Part shown: positions 1 to 12,659 of the stretch, piece by piece
Numbering within the stretch: the stretch's first letter is position 1
Layout: each line of letters opens with the position of its first letter
Source of the DNA: Utricularia gibba
Taxonomy: Eukaryota > Plantae > Magnoliophyta
Assembly (NCBI GenBank): GCA_002189035.1
Contig: NEEC01000016.1
Location: 1,240,001-1,304,000, forward strand
Direction: 5' to 3'
Length of the DNA stretch: 64,000 nt
Position numbers and translations under genes: made by a program
Notes under the pieces: generated by a model
Databases searched by the model: none
Seen by the model: only the letters and a program-made list of their open reading frames with translations
What the model was told of the DNA's origin: nothing

Positions 1-231
1 CTTAAAAATCGAATTTTTAAAATCAACGAATCTCACACCTATTTTGGTGCAACCTACGTTTTGAAACTGATCGAATTACTACACATTTTTTAAAACATTG
101 AATAAATTGCACAGTCGCGTATCCGACGCGTGCACGCGCACCACGCTAATTAGTATTCTATGACACTCGAGTCGCCTGCCACGGGAATAACTAATAAATT
201 AATTATTTGATTTTCTTTTTTTTCTCTTATT

Positions 232-245
232 TTTAGGGTTTAGGG
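232..245 (+). repeat. Two interstitial plant telomere repeats (TTTAGGG)2
   Basis: tttagggtttaggg directly visible just downstream of the first bHLH copy. Confidence 0.6.
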
Positions 246-367
246 TTTTTATCTGGTTGTCACGTGACTGCGAATCAGAAGGCAACGTGGAATAGAGATG
301 ATCCAGTAACAAAACCCAATCTTGAAGCTGGTTGTCAAATAACCTTCCCGTCGTTGGAGACGACGGG

Positions 368-883
368 TCACTGGGCGGCGGCGGCCGCCGGCCGAATAGC
401 GTCCCTAACCAGTGTCACGACTTCTGCAACCGTCAAATCGAACCGTTCCTCGAGCTGATCAATGGACAAAAAGTGGTCTTATTTTCAGCTGGAGTAAATG
501 AGTAACGTGATCGTACGTACCTCCGCCACGATCGTAATGTCGAGGAGGAGGTTTCCGAAGACGGAGGAATTGGTGTTCACCACGACCATGTTGAGGCTCT
601 CCACCTTGGACAGCAACTTGGCAAGAACCCCTCTTTGTTTCTCGCATTGGATGCGGAGCAGCATGCGGTTTTCGTATATTCGACCTTCGATCTCCGGCAG
701 TGGGACCGCCACGGTGCTCCCATTTCGCTCCCCGTCGTCCTCCTCCGCCGCCAGCCGTGTCCTTGTCACCACGGTCACCGACTCCATGGAAGTTCTCCCC
801 TCCGCCTCCTCGAGCGTTCTGACCCTGTCTTGCAGAACCCTCATGCATTTTATAGCATCCGCAAAAACCGAACCTCCATCCAT
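368..883 (-). CDS. Subgroup IVa bHLH paralog, 5'-truncated: only helix 2 + ACT-like domain (149 aa); possibly a pseudogene
   Basis: Exon 883-521 (MDGGSVFADAIKCMRVLQDRVRTLEE...PLPEIEGRIYENRMLLRIQCEK...DITIVAE), GT-AG intron 520-455 (66 nt), exon 454-368 (LEERFDLTVAEVVTLVRDAIRPAAAAAQ*). Collinear with the neighbour at 2096-3060. A T-rich AG acceptor lies immediately before the ATG, but I found no basic/helix-1 exon between 884 and 2095. Confidence 0.65.
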
Positions 884-2095
884 CTTTCAAAAAACAAAAA
901 AAACAAAAGAAGAAGAAAGTTACAAAGGAATTGAATGACGCTTGAGGTGGAATTTGCATGGATAATGTATATGAGAGCACCGAATGGCCTTTTCTTCATT
1001 ATTTTATTGTCTGCATGGAGGTATAGGGCCATTTTTTTATTGCTAGCGTCCTTCAATGACGATTTGCCCAACACCCAGAAGCCAGAAAGAGAAGATTCCT
1101 TGCAACAGTTCTGGTATTTCCCAATGCTTTTAGCAAATATAAACATCGAAACTGTTGATATATTTATTATTGAGAGAGTAAGTTACTCCACATGCACTCA
1201 TATTATATAGTTTATATACAATTATACTTATCAATAGTTAGTGATGATTGTATCGGTTTTATAATGAATTACTTGAATCTTGATAATATTCGATCAAAAT
1301 ATGTGATTAAAAATACTTTTACGAAATTAGATTTCCATGTCTGTAACTTTACTTTGGTATTCCTATTCCATCGACGCTCTAATTTACGCTTATGTAGTGA
1401 TCAGAAACTTTTGTGGTTGGATTTATTTGAACAAGAAGTTAACTTGTTCTATTCAACTGATTTTCGTGAAAATTGGATAGGAGGACATGTAGATCAACCT
1501 ATGACTCGAATATTACCTACAATAAAAAAAAAAATTAATCGCACCATAGTCAGTTTGACTTAAAAGCACATAATAGAATAAATAATTTCACATAAAAAAT
1601 TAAAGTAAAATAATTAAACATAGAAGATATTAATGATTATTAACATTTGATTAGATCTAATATTTTAAAATATTATTTACATTTTTTATATATTTTGGTT
1701 TTACCCACATGTTCATCCGACACATCAAATCCTTAATTTTTACATTAGTAGCCCAGAAAATGCAACAATCAGTTGAAAAATCGGATCTTGATGCTGGATG
1801 CAATACCAACATTTGATGGGCTGGCATGAATATGTCTGGAGGCCCAACTGTTTGGGGCCATATTGATAATTATAGGATTTAGGCCCACTGGATTTTGCAA
1901 GATTATTATCAAGTTTGTGCAATCCCGGCGACAATCCAATGATGCCTGCAATGCGATATTAGTGATACCTATTTAAGGAAACATGTCGACCCCGACTGTA
2001 ATTCTGGGTTTAACCTCTTCCATGGCGTTGAAAGCTCCACGTGAATTGATTTACGCATTAAAAAAGTCGTTACAGTTTCTGGGAAAGTAAATGCT

Positions 2096-3060
2096 TCACC
2101 CAGAAAGAGCAGTTGCAGACGATGGGTTTCGGGGCTGCAGAGCTTCCCGCATTCTCGTCACCACTTCCTTAACGGTCAGATTGAACCCCTTCTCCATCTG
2201 CAGGAACGGTGGATGCAATTCGCGAGTCCGATCAGTGTTAATGGACTTTAAACTGAGAGAAAATGTATAGAAATCTACCTCTGTGACGATGGTGACATGG
2301 TGGGCGAGGCGGCCGATGGAGGCGACGTATGTGTTGACGACGGAGAGATTGAGCTTCTCCACGTTGTAGATTATGTTGGCGAGGATGCCTTTCCGGTACT
2401 CACACTGGATCAGAATGAGGATCTGGGAGTTGCACAGTCGGGCCTCGATCTCCGGCAGAGGCTCCGCCACGCCGCCGACGTTGTCCTCCGCCGTCGATTT
2501 CCTGATCAGGACAACCGATTCGATTGACTTTTTCGACGTCTGCTCCTCCAGAAGCTGGACTCTTTCCTGGAGAAACTTCAGGTACTTGATCGCGTCACCT
2601 AGGACCGAAGTCTTGTCCGTCTTCTTCAATCCGGGACGATAGCGGAGAGAGCGAGGAACCGTTGGCTGAGCTGCTCACGGCGTTTCCTCTCAGCGATGAT
2701 GTGATCGTACGTCTGCGAAGGGGGGCGAATGCGGCTGGATCTTCGCACGGGTTGCGGAGCCTTGGGCTCCTCGTTCGGACTGTCGGACCCCCCGGGGCTC
2801 AGAGTCGTGGAATTTGCAGACGGTGGTTTTTCTGGTCCAAAATTGAGGATGATAGGAGTTGAAGCTACCCGAGGAGGAGCTGTGACAGAGGAGTGGTTGT
2901 TCGTTTTCTGAAGCTTCGCCGGCGGCGGCGTGAATTCGTTCATCCGCGATAAACATGGGATCTCGAAGTTTTCCCCGAGAACTGCCGCCAATTCTTCGTC
3001 CATCTCTTCCAGGAGATCAAACTGATCGGAGAACATGGGATTGTCCAGTCCCTGGAACAT
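2096..3060 (-). CDS. Subgroup IVa bHLH transcription factor (bHLH18/19/20/25-like) with ACT-like C-terminus; 1-bp frameshift at ~2631-2635
   Basis: DHIIAERKRREQLSQRFLALSAIVP then, in another frame, LKKTDKTSVLGDAIKYLKFLQERV; one added base restores VPGLKKTDK. 81-nt GT-AG intron 2278-2198; last exon MEKGFNLTVKEVV...SG*. Start uncertain (ATG at 3060 or an unlocated upstream exon). Confidence 0.85.
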
Positions 3061-3263
3061 CTCCTCCTGTTCCCAAACAAAATGCAACACACCAGACACC
3101 GATTAAATTTCTTTTCTTAAAAAAAGAACCAATAAAAAAATATTTCACCAACGTGCTTATTAAAGCAGTTAGTTTTCTATGTAGAATTAACCAACGGTAA
3201 AAGTAACGACTCTGTTGCACTCCGGGGAAAAGCAACAAAAATGATGACACAGTTGTCAGTGGG

Positions 3264-3284
3264 CATGTGTGAGGGTGCCACGTG
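3264..3284. promoter_or_regulatory. CATGTG and G-box CACGTG upstream of the IVa bHLH
   Basis: CATGTG 3264-3269 and CACGTG 3279-3284, about 200 bp upstream of the ATG; MYC-type sites, function not demonstrated. Confidence 0.3.
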
Positions 3285-3519
3285 TTCATTTATTTTAATT
3301 TTAACGGTTTTATTAGTCTAAAGCAGTCACTTTCGTCGGCAAACACAAACCTAAATAATTGAACTGAAATCCCACTAAGAAAAAGTGTAGCACCAGCTCG
3401 ACTCTGGTTACGTTCCCTTTTGCTTCTCACGCCTATCTCCTCCCTCCCCAACATACACACGCAGACACCATTTAACTGGTTAATTCCTTCTTAAGCAGTT
3501 AATCGGGACACACCCCAAA

Positions 3520-4750
3520 ATGGAGCTTTGGAAGGCATCTAGCTGGTTCGGGATGAATGATTCTGGAGGTGTAGTGTTTTAGAACAGTGGAGGAGAGACT
3601 CCTAACAGCGCCCCTAATCCTCAAACCCCGACATGATTAGTAAAGAAATCAGGAAAGACAGTGATTAGTATGTTGGATAGGGGTTTAGTGTTGTTCTTAA
3701 GGTTGGGTGTTGGATAGGGGTTTTCCAAGTAAGAGTCTGGGTGTTTTTTGATTCCCAAAGAGAGTTTTAAAGTTCATTCGAGAAGGAGAAGGGAAGGCTA
3801 CCACTTCTGCGAGCCACGGAGCTGCGGAGGAATCCACCGATGAGAACATTGCTTCGTCTGCAGAAGTGGAAAACATCGATGCTCAAAGAAGATGGGGAGC
3901 CGTCGGGAATCGCGATAACATAAAGAAGAAAGAAAACGCACCTGTGACCAGAGAGTTGCAGATCATTTGAGGAGAAGAAGCAGTATGCATAGGTTAAATA
4001 GACAGTCTTTACGCATTACGAGAGGCTACAAATGTGCCACTGCTTTGTCCGCTTCCTGGAGTAGGCCCCCTCACATACAATCTCTAGTATAATCAATCAC
4101 AAACCAGTAGGTTATAGGCCAATTTATGTGTACAGCCCAAACCAGAAGCTTCACTCTGAAATGACCTCCTCATTCTTTTCATTTTGTGATATCCAACCTA
4201 ATGGATCAACTATTACCCGGACCTTCTTCCAACCCGCTACACACTGAGTTTCTATACGCTTCCGGTTGCCATTTACAGGACAGCAGAATTCGTGCCTCTG
4301 ACAACTCTATGTACAGGGAACTAGGGGTTCGGGTTCCTTGGTAGTTATGTTGCATGGAATGGAATGAAGATGAGCTCATGAATGGCTGCTCTCCATGGAC
4401 TCGTCAACATCCTTAAACAATGGCGAGAGTTACATTTCATGAGTTCCCCAAAATACTACGCTCGCAGAAGACAAAAGGGCATTTAGCACATTCGCCTCCG
4501 TCTCCCTGATGTGACCCCAGACCTGGAAATTTGCACTAGGAACTCGTGTAGCTGCCGAGCTTGACTGCTGCGCCATTGCTGCTCTCCACTGAGGAATAGG
4601 ATAGTCCGCCATGATCATCTGCAACGCCCCTCCCAAGAAATAACCCTCCATAACAACACACATTCGTCGCCTCGGATGGAATTCATCTGCCTCTAAATCT
4701 AAGATGCAGAAGTGGCCCAGAGGAAAAAGAATCATCATCATATGATTCAT
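3520..4750 (-). mobile_element. Possible highly degenerate LINE (RNase H-like region) remnant
   Basis: Coding-like composition without an intact ORF; minus-strand fragments RWIPP...G and GLGALLG weakly resemble the LINE RNase H motifs WxPPxxG and AGxGxxxRD. Confidence 0.2.
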
Positions 4751-4787
4751 TCCTCATTTTTCACAACTTGTGCACCATGTGTTTCTT

Positions 4788-4815
4788 TTATTATTATTAT
4801 TATTATTATTATTAT
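4788..4815. repeat. (TTA)n microsatellite
   Basis: Direct tandem trinucleotide run. Confidence 0.9.
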
Positions 4816-7800
4816 CCCCAATCATATTCTTTTGTTTCAGATCATCCCATGCCACAATAACCTTCCTTTTTCGAGTACAAATTAAAAATATACATTTTTA
4901 TAAAAATAAAAATAATTTATATAATAAAATTATTTTAAACGTTCCTTAAAATAGTTACATTTCAGATAGTTTGAAACGACGTAGGTTTTGGATAATGAGA
5001 AAGGTGGGTAATGTTTTTTGAATGGTAATAGTATATATATTACATGTATTTAAATTAGGGTCCTTTTGAAAATTAATCATTCTAATTTTATTTCTCAATT
5101 TTTTACATATATTGATTTTTATTACATTCTCAAGGGATGATGCCTAATTTTATAATACATGTATTAAAAGGGGTGGGGGTGGGGGCCGGGTATTGGTGAA
5201 ATTAATGGTGTGCCCAAGGTGCCCTCTGACCGATGTGCCGTGGCGGACTGGACCACATGGGGAGAGGAGGAGTGGTGGGGCCGGGGTGGATGGGGCAGTT
5301 TTGTCCTTGTACTATTATTTTGTCCCCGGGATAAGATTCCGCGTCCTCTTAGCCGCTCGGGAATCGTATGGACCTCTTTAACAATCCCAACAATATCCCC
5401 ACCAATTTTCTTCTTTATTATTTTCCATGGACACCATTGGAATTGCACAAAAACCTTTTCCCGCATTACTGGACCCACACCCCCCCTATTTATTTATTTA
5501 TTTATTTATTTATTAATAAAAAATACACAAATATTCTATTTTCACCCCAAGCCAGCCGGGTAAAGCTAAATCCCAGATCTACTTTCCCAACTCTCGGTTT
5601 TCATTAGCTATTTTCTTTTTTTTTTTGAAAAATACTCTTGATAAAATAAAAGTTATTTTACCTCGAAAAAGTGCATATACAGTACACGTTCGAAAATCAA
5701 TTCCATACTAATAAATTCAATTCGATTCAGTTAGGATTGATTCTAACTTCCAAAATATGTATCTGATTGTGTTTTATAAGAATAGATTTTTGAGAATTAA
5801 TTCAATTCTTTGAAAAGCATGTATGTGTAGTTTCTCATGCATAATTGTGTTTTAAGAATTGATTTTAACAAATGAATTACTATTATACTCATTTATTAAT
5901 ACAGAATCACAATTAATACTATTTTGAAAATAAATACTAATTTGATAATATTATTTAAGAGTTTGATAAATATCGATATTATATAATATATTTTATTTAA
6001 ATAAATTAATGAAATATGATTATCAATCAATATGAGTAAATATATAATTTATATAAAAATAACTTTTTAATTCTTTTATACTTCAAACATTAATCACTTT
6101 TATAATAACCATTTTTTTCAAATATATATCAATTTTAAAATCTTTTGAAATCAATTTTGGAACGATTTTGAAAAGCGTTACAATAAATTCCCAACTTGTG
6201 TTTTGAATTGCTTTTTAAATTGAAGAAACGAATCCCGTATGGTTGATTAATTTAAGGGGAAGAGGGAGCGGATTTGTCGTCTGAATTTCCGATTTGGGAA
6301 AATAGGAAGGCGACAATATACATTCATACGTATCCCATCCTTGAAAAGTCCTAATGAACGGAAAAGAAGAGGTGATGGGTCTCCATCAGAGAAGGGAATA
6401 AAACGTGCATTATGACTTGTGAAGAACAGCAACTTGATGTATTGCCGAACATTGTCTTTTATCTACTGAAAAGGGGAGCGGGAGCCGACGCTGTAACGGC
6501 CCGCCCTTCCATGGAGCTCCATAGTGGACATGATTCACTCCTGATGGCAAGCCTACTCCAGGAGGCGCTAACTTGTAACGACCCATGTCCGACTTCGCAC
6601 GATATCTGGTGTAGGGAGTCACCCATCTTCACATAATTTCATGCCGAATACGCTTAATTTTAGATTTACTGCCAATGATCCTCCATCATGTTTGAAAAAA
6701 ACAAGATAAAATCGAGTAAATTATTAGTGATTCACAATTTCTTATATATATGATTATTTCACTTTCAAATCTTAATGTGAGATCGTTTGTTCTAATATAT
6801 GCTCTCAAATTGAACTAATATTTGATTTAGTCAAGACTTGTTTTTTTGTGTGATTGTAAATATTGTTCAGATTATAGATTAATCTAACTTTTGTCATTTA
6901 ATTTCATTGTATCTCTTTATTTTTTTAATCCGCAAGACAAACGCTTTGATATCATGTTGAAACTAAGGATTTAATGGATTGAATGAGTACATATGAAGTT
7001 CAAATATATAAAACACGTGAATCATATTAAAAAAGATTAGGCTAAATCAATTATTAATGATCCATAATCTATTATATACATGATTATTTTATTTTTAAAT
7101 CTGGATATGGTATCATTTGTTCTAATACGGTTTGAAACTCAACCTCTCCTTTGAGGTGGGTTCACGAATGCACACCGTTTGGATTTTGAGTAACTGCTTG
7201 ATTGGGCTGGTTTTGGAAGGAGTGAGGGACAGACATCTTCTGAATGGGGGGCTGGCTGCTACTGCTACTACTACTACCAGTGAGCCTAAATACTTAAAAG
7301 CCCATGACTATGAAGGTGCTTTTGTCCAAAAGTGGGCTGAAAATGATATTGTTTTGTAAAAAAACATTTTTGTTTATAGACTTGTTGAAGAAAATAAAAA
7401 TGGTTTTGGAGTCTTGCTTCGAGGGTTCCTTCTTACAATTTTCTTTCCAACGACAATTTTTGTCGGAAGCGCTGCCCCCAATCAATCATATCCGGATTAT
7501 ATTCCGTTGCTTGTTGATCCTCCTTTTTGGTGAGTTTGAATTTCGGGTTTTGTGTGTGAAAATTGTTTGGTTTTACTTGCTTCCTGTGGTGTTTTGTTTG
7601 GTTTTATTTTAGGTGACTCGTTTTTTCAAATGGTTGATGTGTTCGAAGTTGTTTTTCCTATGTTTCTGATCGGCAGGCCTGCGTCAGATTGGGTTGATTG
7701 GTATGTATGATGAATGAAACGAATGTGTAGGGGAGTTGGAGATATTCCCGTTGAACGGTGGCTTTTGTGTATTTGTTATATACATCTTGTAGTTCCAGTC

Positions 7801-7963
7801 ATACATGTATTCTAGCTTCTATATTTCCCAACTCAAAGATTGCAGCTTTTCCGAAGACGTTTGAGACATCGTGAGAAAGTTTCATTTTTGTTCCTCATTT
7901 GTATTGTAGGTGTTAATGATTTCCTTTGACGGGCATCTAAGTTGGTTATTTTGAGATTTGCGG

Positions 7964-9124
7964 ATGGAGTTGGATCCTATCAAAGATGCATTTGACCATG
8001 TAACAAAGAAGCAAAAACTTGCATCCTCAAAATGTCAAGAAATGGTTCAGAAGATTGAAGAGGAGATAGCAGAAGCCCTGTCAAGACTGAACTCCCAGGA
8101 GGATTCTGCATGTTCTTTGGATCATAAGTCGGTCCTCAGCAGTTTGAGCATAGGATTGAAGACTCTGGATTTGGTTAGCCAGCTTGAGGGCGCCCAAAAA
8201 GAGCTGAATGCTGCGGCCACCAAGTATGCGAAACTTCTTGAGAAATGCTTCAATCCTGAAATCTCAAGAGCATGCCGTGATGTGGATTTTGATAGCCACA
8301 CAGTGAACCAAATCATCGCAAGCCACTTCTATCGAGAGGGCCAATTTGACCTCGGTGATTGCTTTCTTTGTGAGGCCAGTGAACCTGAGGCATTGTCTGG
8401 GAAGTTACCCTTTTTGGAGCTTTTTCAAATTATGGAAGCCATTAGATCTCGGGATTTGGAGCCTGCAATCACCTGGGCCGTAAAGCATCGTGAACAGTTG
8501 ATGGAGAACGATTCACAGATTGAGTTGAAGCTTCATCGCTTACAATTTGTGGAAATGTTGCAGAACAAGGGCAGAGATGAGGCCCTCAAGTATGCCAGAT
8601 CAGTGTTTGCTCCATTTTCTGAAAAACACATGTCTGAAATCCAAAAGCTTATGGCTTGTCTGTTATGGGCTGGGAAGCTTGATTCTTCTCCCTACGCTGA
8701 ACTGCTGTCCCCTGCGCACTGGGATAAGCTTGCCGAGGAAGTGAAGAGGCAGTTCTGCAATCTCATGGGACAATCATACGATTCTCCACTGAGTGTAACA
8801 GTTGCCGTCGGTGTTCAGGCGTTGCCAACTCTTCTGAAGCTGATGAATGTGATGTCGGGAAGGAAACAGGAATGGCAGACCATGAAACAGTTGCCTGTCC
8901 CCGTGGATTTGGGAACCGAGTTCCAGTTCCATTCCATATTCGTCTGCCCCGTGAGCCGCGATCAAGCAACCGAGGAAAACCCACCCATGTTGCTGCCCTG
9001 TGGGCATGCTCTGTGCAAGCAATCCATCACCAAGTTGTCCAAAAACAACAGCACTCGACCCTTCAAGTGCCCCTACTGCCCTTCCGAGGTCGAGGCAGGT
9101 CAGTGCAAGCAGCTGTTTTTCTGA
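7964..9124 (+). CDS. RMD5: RMD5/GID2 homolog, CTLH-complex RING E3 ligase (386 aa, intronless CDS)
   Basis: MELDPIKDAFDHVTKKQK start; LisH/CTLH/CRA-type region (IASHFYREGQFDLG, LELKLHRLQF equivalent); FQFHSIFVCPVSRDQATEENPPMLLPCGHALCKQSI...FKCPYCP degenerate RING. Confidence 0.95.
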   Translation: MELDPIKDAFDHVTKKQKLASSKCQEMVQKIEEEIAEALSRLNSQEDSACSLDHKSVLSSLSIGLKTLDLVSQLEGAQKELNAAATKYAKLLEKCFNPEISRACRDVDFDSHTVNQIIASHFYREGQFDLGDCFLCEASEPEALSGKLPFLELFQIMEAIRSRDLEPAITWAVKHREQLMENDSQIELKLHRLQFVEMLQNKGRDEALKYARSVFAPFSEKHMSEIQKLMACLLWAGKLDSSPYAELLSPAHWDKLAEEVKRQFCNLMGQSYDSPLSVTVAVGVQALPTLLKLMNVMSGRKQEWQTMKQLPVPVDLGTEFQFHSIFVCPVSRDQATEENPPMLLPCGHALCKQSITKLSKNNSTRPFKCPYCPSEVEAGQCKQLFF

Positions 9125-9681
9125 TATTACCTGCTGCATCGAAGATATCTACTGTTGTGGAATTGTATCTTCGTCTAGATAGAGTGTGTTCTCATAGCAT
9201 TGTTGCTTCAAAGTAAGACGATGATGTTTCAATGGGAAAGTTTGATGTCATCGTCTTGCAAATGTACTCAAAACTGTATCTGGAATCGAACACGGTTTCA
9301 TGTCACGCAAGGAAGCTTCAAGCTTCAGATCATGGGATCCCAAGCTCCACTAAATCCTCCATGGCCGCAGACACTCGACTTTCATACTCAAGTAACTAAG
9401 AATCGCGGAACTGATAATTTAGTAGCGGGGGACTTTCCCCTAGAGACAGATGAACAGCAGAGAACATGTCAAACAGGCAAACAAATAGTTGATCACATGA
9501 ATTCAGTACAGCACAAACTTCAGATTGATCCGAATAGGTGAAGTAGACAACTTCTAATATCAGACACGGTATATAACTATCATAGCTAAACTCAGATGGA
9601 AAGATGCACATTGTCCAGGTGAAGAACTGTTCACCATCAGAAATACTCCTCAGGAAGCCAAAAGAAAGCAGCAGCGCTTTG

Positions 9682-11117
9682 CTACGTCCGGTTTTTAGCC
9701 TTCTCCATTGACCCCGGGGCTGTGACAAAAGGAAAGCACAGGGATAAGTAGATTTTCCAGATTTAAAGTGGCCAACGGTTACAGTCAGTGTATAAGAGAT
9801 TCATGGGGTAGAAAGCATGAATCTTTCTATAAGAAATCACAAAATCTAAGACGTGGAACTTACCTAATCCAATAGCATCAGAGCCCTTCATAATTTTCAG
9901 TCGCTTGCATGAAGCAATGAACATCCTGTAAAGTTGAAATTTGTTATGCTATACATTGCTTATCTGATTCTTGAAGCAGCAAATGAGAATAAAATTTAAT
10001 GACTTACTCCCAAGGGACATCACCAACTAGCATCCAGTCACCATCTTTATCCTCATAAGTCAGCACATATTCGGATCCATGCAAATCCCTTGACTTACTT
10101 TCAGTCAACATTTCTCTGTTTGGAGCTTCTGGAGATACATATTGTCCTAAAAAGAGAGAGTCATCATGTTTATTCCTTCAGAAAACAAGTGAGGCACGAA
10201 GGATTACCTGTAATATAGCAGCTGAACATCTTCTCCAGAGCAGATGAAAGGTCTTGATATGCCGAATACATCCTCAAATCCACCTTCCGAAGGTATGGAG
10301 CACCATCCATGCTGACCTTAACAAAGAGAGAACCAGCACCTGGCTTACCATCAACCTTGTCATTATTTTTCGACGTTGTTCCAAGGGTATTTTTCCAAAA
10401 TGACCGAATAGGTGGCCAGCCAACCATCTGTGCCCTGTGGATGAAAGCATAAAATTCCAATGGTGCACTACTGATGCAAGTTATTTTATTGCAAATGTTC
10501 ACAACTTACTTGGCTGCAGGGGCAGCGTTGGTGCTAGAATAATTTATCTTGTCATTACCATCCTGAGATGCATCAAGATCCGTCTCAACAGTCGCAGGAG
10601 TTGCACACGAACCATTTGACATCAAATTTCCAGTTAACTTTGCATGTCCCGCATCAGAGGCTCCCACACCGAAAATCCACTTCCCATCAGAAAAAATAGC
10701 ATTTCTGGGCTCAGCCAGTCCGTCCACTGTGTCAGAAAATCCTCGTTTGTTCCCAGAAACGATTTGTTTTTGGGATGAATAGCAGATTACATCTTTTGAG
10801 GGAGCCAAGGGAAACAACGGCTTCTCATCATGTTTCACCAAGCTGAAGAGGTTAAAATCAGATTCGTGTTCTGGGGATTGGGATCCAGGAAGACTCAGTC
10901 TCAACTCAGTCGCCTTAAGATTAAGACAGCTCTTGTTTTCCTCAGGCGATGCAGAGACAGACGAACTGTCCACTGAGGAACAATCAGACAATCCTAGGTA
11001 GTTCCTTTCTCTCAGTCCAGATTCCTTGGGAGAATCAGAATCTGGCGATGCAGGGGAGCCCATTAAAAAAGCATTGCACTGACCTTGGCCCCCCACCCCT
11101 AAAAGTGGCGGAGACAT
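9682..11117 (-). CDS. Aux/IAA repressor, IAA8/IAA9-like; 5 coding exons
   Basis: Exons 11117-10510, 10434-10208, 10146-10008, 9925-9864, 9719-9682, all GT-AG and in phase. [10 protein letters not shown] start, [16 protein letters not shown], domain I ELRLSL, degron [42 protein letters not shown]. Confidence 0.95.
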
Positions 11118-12144
11118 CAAGTTAAGGAATCCAAGATGCAAGCCTGTAAAAACAAGACCACCCAACAACCAAACATTTCAATTGTATACTGAAGAAGCAT
11201 TTTGAACTCATAAAGAAACGGCATTGTGTAGTAACAGAAATTCGCGTTAGGCAGCATGGTGATTCCACAGAAGGAATCCTAGTCATAATAACTTGAAGTC
11301 ATAGGTGCTCAAAACACGTTTAGCAACCAAAATAGATGGAAACAAAGCCCTCCATAGCAAGAATAAAACAGGGAAAGATGAAGATGAAATCAAAAATTGT
11401 ATTTTAAAACTACATACATAGAGAGGAAGAAGTTATTGCTTTTGAATGAGGGTATTCCTAGAAGCAAGCAAAGAGATCAACCTGTTAACTACACCCAAAT
11501 ACAGGCAGCATGGAACCAAGCAAGAAAGCACATTCGAACGTTAGCAAAAACTAACTAAAGAACCCATTAAATAACGAATACGCACCAATGGGCAGTCCAC
11601 AGCTACAACGAACTAGAAAAAAACTGGATGACTGATTTTGGACAACTACCCACAAGATCTGAGCTTTTTGAAAAGACAAAGAGCCTCTTCAATAAATTTC
11701 TTCCTCCAAAATACAATTGTAAGGAGAAACCATCGACAAAGAGCTCACCTGAAACCCAGTCTTCAAAGCTCCACAGCAACCCACAACCCTCAAATGGAAA
11801 TGAAGAATCTCGAGGCAAGATTAACAAACCAAAAGCACACTACACAGAATAAACTTCTGTTTAAGGTCCTTCCATCAGAAACAGTTCAAGAGAAATGAAG
11901 TGCCCGTGCGTAAATGTGTGAGAGAAGAAAAAGGCAGCAGCTCTTTCTCTCTGTATATATCTTCGGCCCAGAACAGAAAGATCAGGATGAGCAGCGCAAG
12001 CGTAAAAATTAAAACTTTGGAAAAAGCGAGTAGGGGTATTGGTGGAACTTTTCTAGAGGTCGGAGGCGAACGGCGGCGATTGATTCTTCATGGATTCTCA
12101 GCCGTTGAATCATGCGAGGGAGGGAGCAGTGCAAAATAATTACC

Positions 12145-12659
12145 TGTCGTTCTTGCAGGGAAGGGGGGTAAATGGCGACAGCCAATTATACCTTTTTACA
12201 GTCCCTCGATCACAGTGTGCTTGCTGCCCACACTGCCCGCTCTCCTGCTTTACACATTTCCCGGGTAGCTTTCCAAATGACCCTTTTACCCTTTCCCACC
12301 CTCCACCCAAAAGGACGATTTTATCCTTAACCCTAATACCGATTGTATTTAAAAAAGGTCCACAATAACCCTCCCAAAGAAACGTGTAACACCCCGCGTA
12401 ATCATTGAAATTTTCAAACCCCACTACAGACATTCCAAGTTCGAATTCATTATTAGCTTAACGTGTCAATTCACATTCCAAGGGGTAAAAATGTAATTAG
12501 CACAACATGACGGGGGCAAAACGGAGAAATCAGAAGAATGGCGTAGGGGCATTGTGTGATGGGGGAAAAGAGAGAGTGGGGGACACAAGAAACCCGAAGG
12601 CGGTAAATATTATTATTTTTTGGGGGACAAGAAGCGGCAATAAACCCATCCTTTGTCGG
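12145..12659. promoter_or_regulatory. Candidate auxin-response elements upstream of the Aux/IAA
   Basis: TGTCGT 12145-12150, GCGACA (TGTCGC reverse) 12175-12180, TGTCGG 12654-12659. Confidence 0.35.

Noticed and set aside
110-155. GC-rich palindrome cgcgtgcacgcg followed by ctaattagt, resembling a Helitron 3' end
   Set aside because: The terminus is TTAG rather than CTAG and no 5' end is visible in the window; insufficient support
368-2640. Alternative splicing from the upstream bHLH into the duplicated 3' exons
   Set aside because: No GT/GC donor after PGLKK in the upstream copy (it continues AAGAAG-ACG), so that join is not available
6250-6640. GC-richer island with a 74-aa ORF and TGTAACGACCC (LTR-like start)
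   Set aside because: No recognisable family, no second LTR or PBS; left unannotated
12385-12400. TGTAACACCCCG resembling a Gypsy LTR start
   Set aside because: Lies within the Aux/IAA promoter with no other LTR features
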